Below, one piece after another: positions 1-9,439 of a stretch of 64,000 bases of DNA. Position 1 is the stretch's first letter; each line of letters begins with the position of its first letter. Made by a program: the position numbers and the translations under genes. The notes under the pieces were generated by a model that was not told where the DNA came from, made no database searches, and was given only the letters and a program-made list of their open reading frames with translations. Origin of the DNA: Schizochytrium sp. TIO01 (Eukaryota > Protista > Bigyra: Labyrinthulomycetes); the NCBI GenBank assembly GCA_004764695.1, contig SMSO01000036.1, positions 1,736,001-1,800,000 of the forward strand, written 5' to 3'.

Positions 1-1980
1 TCGCGAATACTAAAGGAATCGTCTTATCCTCAACATTCGCATCAGAAAGGTGCATATGCTTGGAACAATGACTCGCAGCAAAAGATCTTAAGAACAAATC
101 CTCTTGAAAGCGTTCAGGAACCGTGTGCTCAGAAACAAGAAAGCTACCAATCGGAACCTGATTTTGCAGTGAACCTTAACAAGGAATTAAATACAATGCT
201 TGCAAAACTAGGTCCAACGCAAGTTGAGAGTATCATGGCTGTGGTAACTGAAGCTCGTCTTCGAGAAGAAATTGACCTTCCCGCAAGAGAACCTTTGCAT
301 GAAGAACTCCTTGAGCTCCGAGGCGAGGACCATAGTGCATGCGATATCGGGCTTCGTAACGCAAGGTTCTATTATGATCTTGGTTGGGAAATGCGCTGCA
401 AAGGAGACATACATGGTGCAGTTGAGCTTCTCGAGCGCTCTGTGAAATTGAATTCTGAGGATATGAAAACATGGGCCAACTTAGGATACCTGCAAGCACA
501 GCTTGGCAAACTTGATAAGGCCCGCGAGGCACTCCAAGAAGCTACCCGTCTAGAACCAAAGCTCTCTGTTCTTCACTTCAATCTTGGTGTTATTTGTTTG
601 AAGTCCCATAGGTTTCAAGATGCAGTAAAGTGCTTAGACATTGCTATCAAATTAGACTCGAGTCGCCCGGAATACTTTCGGGCGCGCGCACTTGCCCACC
701 GACGCCGAAAGATTCAAATGACTGCAACCACAGAAGTAGTTGGAGACTTTTACGCAGCTAGTCAAGATTACGTTGTTGTGCGCCGTGAACAAGCTCTGCA
801 TGCTGAAAAGGCACCCGAAAGTGCGGGCCAGACAAACCATGAAGCACATTACTCGGCGGCTAAAAGATCTCCAGTTTTAACGCAGAAAGGACTTGCTAGT
901 GACGAATCACCTGTTGAGGATTTGGCACCAATTCCAATTCTAGACCAACGAACTCCGGACGGGGCACGCACGCGAATCATTTCTTATCCAGGCCTTCATC
1001 CACTGTTTTTCGAAGCCTCGCAATTCTGGGATCAAGTCGGTTTTCAGGCTAAAATGACCTTCGGTAAATATGAAGAAATTGCATCCATAGACCCCCATGA
1101 TCGCACACACGAACAGGTTCAAGCTCTTGCAGGCGTATCAATGGGCCTCAAATATTGGAAACCACTCAGCAAAGATTTACACATACAAATGGCTCAGCAC
1201 ATTCGAATTCTCCACCTGGAAGAACGTCAACATGTGCCAGAGGGTCTTCACTGCATTCTTCTGCGGGGCAAACTTGAACTTTTTCGCCAGCATAACGTGA
1301 CAGCACTCGAGACGATTATGGAGACACTCTGGCCAGGGGGTCTAGCCGAAACATCGGGAGACACAACCACGTGGCGTGCCGCTGAAGAAGCATGTGCTTT
1401 GTACATGCCACTTCCGAAATTACAGCAAATGCTTACTCGATATACTAAAGCGAAAGCAAGCGAGCATCTGGACAGCTTGAGGCAATTCTCACTTTTTGAA
1501 GGAATCTCAGAAGATACAATTCAAGCATTGATTCTTGCCATGGGTCCAGAAAAACATTTTACCGCAGATGAAATAGTAGTGAAAAGGGGTGAACATATTC
1601 GTAAGGTTGGCTTCCTTCTTCATGGAAAGTGTGAGTATATACGTCATCAGCCCCACCTGAACAAGCACCATGTTGTTGGAGAAGTAGGGACCAAAGACTT
1701 TTTCAATGAGACCCTTTTGATGCCACGTACCAACGCCAGTAAAGCGAGACTCGCCATGATATCAATCGTATGCAAGACAACATCCACTGTTTTGTTTCTT
1801 GATATCAAGGACTTGTACCGTCTTACGACCTTTCAAGAGAGGCAAAAGCTTCGAAAAAATCTTGACAAACAGTCAAACAAACGGCTTAAGCTGACAAAAG
1901 GACTGTGGAAAACTGCGCAACGTCGAAGTAGCCGAGCCTTGCTTTTCATCAAATCTGCCTCTCAGAAAACTGTGGAATAA
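1..1980 (+). CDS. TPR-repeat + tandem cyclic-nucleotide-binding (cNMP/CNBD) domain protein, 5'-truncated by the window edge
   Basis: The frame of the 169..1980 ORF stays open back to base 1 (SRILKESSYPQ...), so the GTG at 169 is not the true start. TPR helices: YYDLGWEMRCKGDIHGAVELLERSVKLN, WANLGYLQAQLGKLDKAREALQEATRLEP, HFNLGVICLKSHRFQDAVKCLDIAIKLD. cNMP-type domain: FSLFEGISEDTIQAL...FTADEIVVKRGEHIRKVGFLLHGKCE...FFNE, preceded by a more divergent copy (DRTHEQVQAL...CILLRGKLELF). Confidence 0.8.
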   Translation, partial: SRILKESSYPQHSHQKGAYAWNNDSQQKILRTNPLESVQEPCAQKQESYQSEPDFAVNLNKELNTMLAKLGPTQVESIMAVVTEARLREEIDLPAREPLHEELLELRGEDHSACDIGLRNARFYYDLGWEMRCKGDIHGAVELLERSVKLNSEDMKTWANLGYLQAQLGKLDKAREALQEATRLEPKLSVLHFNLGVICLKSHRFQDAVKCLDIAIKLDSSRPEYFRARALAHRRRKIQMTATTEVVGDFYAASQDYVVVRREQALHAEKAPESAGQTNHEAHYSAAKRSPVLTQKGLASDESPVEDLAPIPILDQRTPDGARTRIISYPGLHPLFFEASQFWDQVGFQAKMTFGKYEEIASIDPHDRTHEQVQALAGVSMGLKYWKPLSKDLHIQMAQHIRILHLEERQHVPEGLHCILLRGKLELFRQHNVTALETIMETLWPGGLAETSGDTTTWRAAEEACALYMPLPKLQQMLTRYTKAKASEHLDSLRQFSLFEGISEDTIQALILAMGPEKHFTADEIVVKRGEHIRKVGFLLHGKCEYIRHQPHLNKHHVVGEVGTKDFFNETLLMPRTNASKARLAMISIVCKTTSTVLFLDIKDLYRLTTFQERQKLRKNLDKQSNKRLKLTKGLWKTAQRRSSRALLFIKSASQKTVE

Positions 1981-2229
1981 AGGGATATCCTGCAGTGCAC
2001 AAAGGCGTACTCTCAAATTATTCATCCTTTAGAGTGATACTATTGTAAACAACCTAACCTGCAAACTAAATCTTATGTATCTCACAAAAGCATTAGAATA
2101 TATACAAAGGAAGACACCGTTTCCGTTAGCGCATGAGTGGTCTTTCATAAATGTAGCAAGGATGGATAAAAGAAAGTCTGTCAATATAGTACTGGGGTTC
2201 AGGTATTATATGGTTTTAAACACACGCTT

Positions 2230-4895
2230 TTAAGGATAGCACTTTGATACAAGATTGGCCAAAGACTCGACTGAGCGTGGTTGCATCTTTCGCAAATAGC
2301 CACGCTGATGTTTTTGGAAAAGGACAAGGGCCCGCCGCACACTGCCAACAGCATTAGCTTGATTAATCATACTGGTTCGCGACGAAATACTGTCTGCGAC
2401 CTCAGAGTTTGCATTCTTATACATTTGACGCGCCACCTTTGCAGCAACAAGACCTAGATATCGGCCGCGAAGAAGTGATATTTGAGCCATAGGTACAATA
2501 CTCTCTCTTAGAACATGAACAAATTCGGATGGATGCGCAGCTGCCTTCGCTAGAGCAGAGAGTAAGCAAGCTCGTGCCTCAGAAAGATCTTTTACGAGTA
2601 AGAGTTCTTTTCGTGCTTGGGCAATGAGAGCTAATGTGCTTGCAAAAATGACACTTTCACCTTGATACATAAAGAGATCCCATATCCGAGTCGTCAATTC
2701 TTCAGGAATATTTTCTGGACACACCCAAAGCTTGCGAACCCAGTCCATGAGTTGCAATCGAGATACAAGAGGGCGCACCTCTTGTCCAGCTGTATGTTCA
2801 GATTTACAAACCTTTTGAAGATGGCCCATCTCGGAAGGGAAGGTGTCATGAAGAAGACTAGATAACACATACTGATCAACCGCAGAACTCATTCCAGATG
2901 CAAAGTTATCAAGCGGCACCATGTACTCTATTACCTGAGTGACAAGCCAGAAAGTTCCCTCTTCGCATCCACTATATCCATCCACAAATGCCACGAGCTT
3001 CTTCAAGTTATCGGAAACATTCACAATGCCAGAATTCCGCCGCCCTAAAGCAGTTAAAACACGCTGCAAACGTCCTTCGTTCAAACTTTGAGATCCACCG
3101 ACACCTTCTGAAGATGTTTGTTTCGCATGCTGAGCACTTGAATTAGAGCTGCTCTGTAGAAGCTTCAGATAGTAACTACGTCGAACAGACATCCGCTTCA
3201 TTGCACCACTGCAAAGTAACCAGGCTTCTGCTCGAGTATCTGATGGTATGCCCCAGCTCAGAAGTTCTAGCATTTGTTTTGAATCCGGCGATTCCTTGAA
3301 GTTTGCATTTTGGTCGATATTACGGTGCAAAATAGCTTGTCTCCAAGGCGCTCGCAAAAGGACTATTTGCTGATGGTGAATGAGGTGACCCCACAAAGAT
3401 TCTCTCGCTACGGCATCTGATATTTGGTGGGCCAAAATATCGTTCACATACTCTTCACTTAATGATCGATTTGGTCCCGCGCCAGCATCTGCTGCTACAG
3501 GTGTTGATGATATCGGCTCTTGAAGCAGAATCCATTCGTTATCTTCATGATAAGTCTCCGCTTCCACATCAACAAGGTCATCTGCTGAATCTGCCAGCGA
3601 AAGAACATCCTCAAGTCCTTCAACGTCAATCGTTTCAAAATCATCAATAAGACTGCTGTGGGTACGTCTTCGTCGACTTGCCGCTTGTTGTTGTTGTTGT
3701 TGTTGTTGCTGCTGCTGCTGCTGCTGTGCTTCCCAGAGCTGAGATGCTGCGTTCCCTGTCCGAGCAGCAGCCTCTAGAATTGCAAGGGTGTTCAACGTAG
3801 AGGTCACAGATACAGGCACATTAGAGCTACCTGTCCAGGATTCTAAAGTCGAAAGCGACGAAGCACTTGACACGGAACAAACTGATGGAGAAGCTCCTCC
3901 ACGAACATGGGAAAACTCCGAAGATGTTGATGTGCCTAAAAGCCAAGCGTGGTTCATGGCCACAATGTCATGTTCCCCCAACAAGGTAGGGGTTGTAGGT
4001 GTTGCGAATGAAGCACTAGATTTTTCAGAGAGTGTGGGGGGAGGCGGCCTTCGCTGACGCATCCCGGGACGTCTTGCGCCTAGAGTAGCCGGACTGTGCC
4101 GAGGCAATGGAATCACACTTCTTGACTCCAGAAGCGACTTTGCATGTGCATGAGCCTCTGAATGTTGTCCTTCTGGGTTCGCTGTGGCCCTGCGCTGCGC
4201 CCCAGCTACATGAATAAGGAGCATTTGTAAATCTTGGTGCGGTATCTTTGTATGCACAAGTTTACGCAAAGCCAGAATATTCTCTGCGACCCTCTCAAGG
4301 TTTCTACCTGCCACGAGATCCTCCGCGTGAAACAGATTCTGATCTGCTAGCCCAAGTCGCTTGCATGCACTCAGGTATTTGTTTACATTTTCGCACTGAC
4401 CTTGAGGAGTAGCAGATCGTCGAACTTTGGGAATTGATCTTGGCCATATAGAGTTCACTGTCTGGCACAGTCTAATTCCCGAACGCAATGAGTCGTGAAA
4501 TGTTGAAGGAAATGGGTCCTCCAATACCACCTAGAGGTTGTACATCATCATTTACCATTTGTGAAAGGAGAGTATCACAGCATCGTCACGATCCCTTGTC
4601 AGTTTAATGTTTAATTAAATCCAGTCTGTAAACCACGCTAATTTAAAAGAAGCCCTGTTGTTTGGTAGCGCTTTAATTATTTATGTCTGAGCTAACCACC
4701 ATGGTAATAACCTATGGCAGCATGGTACACGCTGTCTTTGCGTGAATAAAACACCATGCCCGTGGGTATCATACACAATCACACCTCAACTCTCACCTTC
4801 AACCTTCAACTACTCCTACTTACCTCGAGCCACCCTTGAGCTTCCGCAATCATAGCATCCTCTCCCAGAGGTGTGGCAATGCCAGCAGTTTCCAT
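2230..4895 (-). CDS. Calponin-homology (CH) domain + Rab-GAP TBC-like domain protein; 2 exons (4895..4824, 4530..2230)
   Basis: Minus-strand donor GAG|GTAAGT at 4823 and acceptor CTAG|GTG at 4531. Exon 1 (72 nt, METAGIATPLGEDAMIAEAQGWLE) joins in frame to VVLEDPFPSTFHDSLRSGIRLCQTVN...ENVNKYLSACKRLGL...LFHAEDLV, completing a calponin-type CH domain. TBC scaffold motifs: GIPSDTRAEAWLLCSGA, LQRVLTAL, EEGTFWL, TRIWDLFMYQG. PolyQ tract in the linker. Confidence 0.85.
3685..3725 (-). repeat. (CAG)n(CAA)n coding trinucleotide repeat (polyQ)
   Basis: The + strand shows a ttg run followed by a ctg run, encoding the polyQ tract of the CH-TBC protein. Confidence 0.9.
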
Positions 4896-5660
4896 GGTTC
4901 CTCGGCTGTTCACGTCTCAAGTTGCGCCGCAAACTTGCACACGAAGTGCTTGTGCACAACGTTTCCAAACTAATAGTTGATTAAAAAGAGAGTGGTCCTC
5001 CAACAAGAAAAGCAATGACCACCGACAAATAAAAAAGAAGCAACAAGATGAGGACGCAGCGACGAGCCCTAGCAACAAAAACACCCACTAGGGCAACACG
5101 CAGTACGCTGTACAACCAGTCAACTCCTCGCTTAGACTTGGCTGGCTTCGCTTCGCTCCGCGCTACCTTCTTGATCAGGGTTTGGTTTGGTGTCGCGGTT
5201 CTGCATGATAACCCAATCATTCATTAAAAATCATAAGTTTCATAGCGCCAGTATAAAGGATAAACGAAGACTGGAGAAAAGAAAGAAATTTCTTCATTAT
5301 GAGTAGGGAGCGTTAGAAAGTCCAAAACCAACCACTGATTGGCAAATGGAATACGTGCAGCATTAGACAGGACCAGGATCGAAATTTCTCGCAAGAACTG
5401 TCAGCTCACCTCAGCTGTGAATAATATGAATGCTTTGCGATCAGCAGTGCTTATTCATGGAACTATCAATGTTCAGATGGTGGTCTTGCAATTACTAACT
5501 TTCAGGCAATCTTCGGGGCAAAAGAGTTATAAAGTTGATTGAAATAGTGTTATAGATTGAATGCTGGTTTACAAATGAAGTTGAAAAGTTTTTATGTGGC
5601 GTAGGATGATGCATATGGGCTGGATGCGTAGGGAAGAAAACGTCCGGATAGACAACTCTT

Positions 5661-7651
5661 TCACATGACACAGCACTTGCTAGAAGACTCGACCGGAGCG
5701 GTATCATCGTCCTCATTCTTTTGTTCCTTTGACTGCGTCTTGGCAGCACTTTCAACGGCTGCCGCGGAAGTGTTAGTAACGCTCAGAACAGACGTCACAG
5801 GTGACTGTGGAGAAGATCGGTTAATGACATTCCCGTTTCCTGGCAAAGTTGCCTCAACATTATCCTCGTTGTTGTCAAACTCTGCGTCAAGGTTATCTCC
5901 AAATTCACTGTTTGTATCTTTCTCCACGTTTGCATCCATATTGGACGACGTCATGCGAGCCTGCATGGCAGCTCGTGCCTCTGACTCGAGGAATATTGGT
6001 GCTGATTTGATGATGATTTCTTCCTCGAGACCGCCCTTGAGACTGCTAGTAGCAACTTTGAGCTTAGTTTGGAACGGCGGGGATAATTTATATTCACCAG
6101 AAGAATGAAGTGCCTTGGCCACAAGCGCTGCACGCTCTAGCCACACCAAAGCATCCATGTCCGGATCAACTGGCTCACCATTCTTGAATAGCAGATATAC
6201 TGGATAGCGTTGATCACCTAAAGCTGGAGCTTGAATCTTGCTGGCAATAGCAAAATGCTCAGATTCTATATTGCTAAGATCATCAAAAGGAATCAAGGTT
6301 GCATCCTCAAACAAAATAGTAGCCTCGCGACCAACCCAGTGCTGACGCTTGTTTTTACGTCCAGCCTCCACCTCATCAAGTGGGAGGGCAAACTTCCGCA
6401 CGCTAGGCCAATGGCTTCGGAGAGCATTTGCGTCGGCGTACTGAAGCTCTTTTCCAGTGCGAATATCAACCTTGCGTGGCTTTGTGCGTTTCAATGGGTG
6501 ACCTAACTCAAGTTCCGTCTGACCCGTATATGAACATCTTGCTTCCTCATCTTCAGCAAATTTCGTATATAGCGATTGACCTTCAGGGACTAAACGAGCC
6601 TCGGCATCAAGTCGAGAATAGAACACAGCAAATCCGTAAGTACCTCCTAGGTCGTGGCCAATAAGTGACAGCCAGACAGTGTTCGGCTCGATACGAGTAT
6701 ATGTAGAAGAGCTCGCCCGAGCATCGGGTTGCCAATCTGCAGGATGTTCCACTGTGAGCTCGAAAATACGACGTTCATGCCATTCTCTCCAGGGTGCATC
6801 TTGCGCCACCTGCGAGGCAGCAGCATAGGCAGCACGAATTACCGGAGTCGCAGCAACTCCCAGAGTTTGCAAAAGTCCTGGTCGCTCGCTAGTGGGTCCC
6901 ACTGTTGCGATTTCTTTGTTGACCAAAAGCTGACTAAATTTGGCAACGACCTCATCAATACCTTCGCTCTCAGAGAGCTGGCTAACCTCAATATTAAAAG
7001 TCTCCATTGTGCGGTACAGAGCACCAGCGAGCCCAGAGTCGGAGAAGGTGATTGACTTTGGCCGTCTCTGAGCTCCGATTGTAGGATTTAAGCAAGCACG
7101 TGACAAAAGGTTAAGTACCTGTGTGGGCGCAGGAGGCTTTTCGGGTGGGTCGCAGATATCCTGAGCCAAAAGCCGACCCTCGGGGTATAGGCATGAAATG
7201 ATTACGGAGTATGGTCTGCACGGCTGTGGTGATCCATCCTCTCGCTCACCTTCACTTGCTCCGCTCCAAACGCGAAGTCTGCGAACCACAACTTGCCAGA
7301 TTTCCTTTTGCGTTTGTGGCAGATTACGAATCCGCTTGCGGGTGCCTTCATCGAAGACTTCGTTTGCAAGATTCTGCTCGACAATGTCAAGTTTTCCATC
7401 ACCAAAATCGAATTGTGTTGCTGTTGATGATGTCTTGTTCTTGCTCGCAGCACCCTTTCTACTGCTGCTCTTTACACCCTTTGCCGAAGCGTCATTTCCA
7501 CAGGCATTGCCTTGATTCTGTTGGTTTCCATCATCCTCTTCGCGAACCTTTTGGTCTTCTTCGGTTTCGTCTTCGTCGTCGGAGCCCAAATGGTCCCACT
7601 TAGAATAGTTGTCAGCGCCCCAAACTCGCTGCTTTGGTTCTGCATCTGCCA

Positions 7652-7652
<1 letters not shown>
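5661..7652 (-). CDS. Uncharacterised protein with a bacterial DUF6930/DUF7309-like core, a degenerate MYND-like segment and a C-terminal CaaX (CCVM)
   Basis: Long ORF whose first in-frame ATG is at 7652 (MADAEPKQ...); the upstream TTG extension runs through an (AGC)n repeat. Core motifs: WQVVVRRLRVW...RPY...RRPKSITFSD...PGLLQTLGV...YAAASQVAQDAPWR...WLSLIGHDLGGTYGFAVFYS. Ends KCCVM*. The family assignment is from memory. Confidence 0.75.

Positions 7653-7654
<2 letters not shown>

Positions 7655-7684
<30 letters not shown>
7655..7684. repeat. (TGC)10 microsatellite just upstream of the ATG at 7652
   Basis: Run of tgc units visible directly in the sequence. Confidence 0.9.
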
Positions 7685-9439
7685 AAATCCACGAAACCTC
7701 AGCTAGAAAAGCTGATTCTTTACACAAATACCTTCGAAGTGACTTTGCTTGAGCGAGTCGGCCAGAGACGCTGTCCAAGTCGTTTCCTCACGCAAAACTA
7801 TAGCACACCTCCAGAGTCGTTCATTTCTTTCTTTTTGCACTACCATCTTAATCGGACTAATTCTCTTTTGTTAGTGGTCTAACGTCCCTCCTTTGAATGG
7901 GGAACGAGGGGAACCTTGAACGAATTTGCATTCAATGATGGCCCAATTTTTCAATCCCTGGCTGGGTGAGTACCTTCCTGGGTTGTAGCTACTACTTCGA
8001 GACACCTTGACCACGACGAGTAGTTTTGCTGGAATAAGATATCAGTGGAGGATCTCTTTCCGATCGTACTCATAATTCAATTTTAAGAAAACAGGTATCC
8101 TCGTTCGGTTGAGTAGAATTCACTACAATAATGATCGTGGACAATATATACATATATATATATATACATATAGATTGAGTGAGAGAGAGAGAGAATTAGA
8201 AAATATGACCTCGGTCATGCATGCAGCAAATTAATGCTGTGCATCTGAGACCTTTATGTCGTAACCTATAAAACATACCAATTGACGTGCAATGCTGGTT
8301 GTTGAAACAGCTTGAAAGAGGGGAAATAATAACGTAAGGTCGTAAATGACCGAATGTCATGTCCAGGTGGAATAAGCAGTTTAGGTCTACGCTAAGCCAA
8401 TCAAGCCTCGATGCAAAAGTCTACAACAGCCATTCAATCCAACATCTTCAATATCTTATGACAGTCCGAAAAATGTCTTGTGATTGATGTGCAATGTGTC
8501 AGGAGCTGCGGCCTCCTTCGACCAGCCCATGAATTGAAATACCTTACTCCTATAGTAAACCATAATAGGTCCATAGTCAAGATTGTACCCCTTTTCTTCC
8601 TCGCGGCAATCCCTGAAGCTGCGAACACATGCGCAATGTCAAGCTCGTGCGAAATTCAATGAAGAACCAAGCTTGGACTGCTTCTCAGGGCTGAGGGAAA
8701 CGAGCCAGTGAATTGGATTGGAAAAGAAGGATTACCAGCGCCTGCTTGCGACGTGATTACACCACGCAGGCGTGGCAAGGGTAGGTACGGAGCAGCCCTT
8801 GTTCAAGTCACTAGACTCTATGGAAAGTAAGGAGGTGTGTACTGGAGTTTTCGAAGACATTTTGGAGAAGACGCAGAGGAGCTCAAGGTCTAGACATAGG
8901 AAGAGCGGTGGAGAAACTTGAGAGAAGAATAGCCTGCAAGGATCAGCGGGGTCCTTGCTTGCTACGGATAGGTATCCACTGGGCCGTGGTCTTCAAGCGC
9001 TGGCAAATGAAGTCATCTGCTTGAAGATTGCTAATCAAGTTTCGCGAGCTGAGCTCTACTTTGAGGGTGTTCCGAAGTCTTGAAGACAGACGCCCGAGAG
9101 AAGAGTTATATAGCTTTCAAGCCAAGGGTAAGGAAAGGCAGATCGAGGTTGTGGAGGTGCAGCGCAGAGGTAAGGCGTAAAGACGCCCATGGTTAGTACT
9201 GAGTGAAAGAAGGGTCGCTTGTTTACTCACACGAATCAGTGAGGACATTACCTTACCTACTTTTCTGCTTCAGAGACTAAGCGTATTGCTAGTGGCTTCA
9301 GTAGCACTGCGAGCACGTTCACCGCTTGGTCAGTGCTGCGGGCAGACGCTTGATAACTTGAGGCCTGCGGCCACGGGCTTGAGGCACGAGAGCAAAGCAG
9401 TTCCTAAATAACCGAGAAGCTTCGAGGCTTTGCAACAAA

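Noticed and set aside
4646-4665. Intron segment resembling LSU rRNA (AAAGAAG-CCCTGTTG) as a C/D snoRNA guide
   Set aside because: The match contains a gap and is not followed by a D/D' box CTGA; may be chance.
7653-7778. N-terminal extension of the 705-aa ORF
   Set aside because: Begins at TTG and runs through an (AGC)n repeat; more likely 5' UTR.
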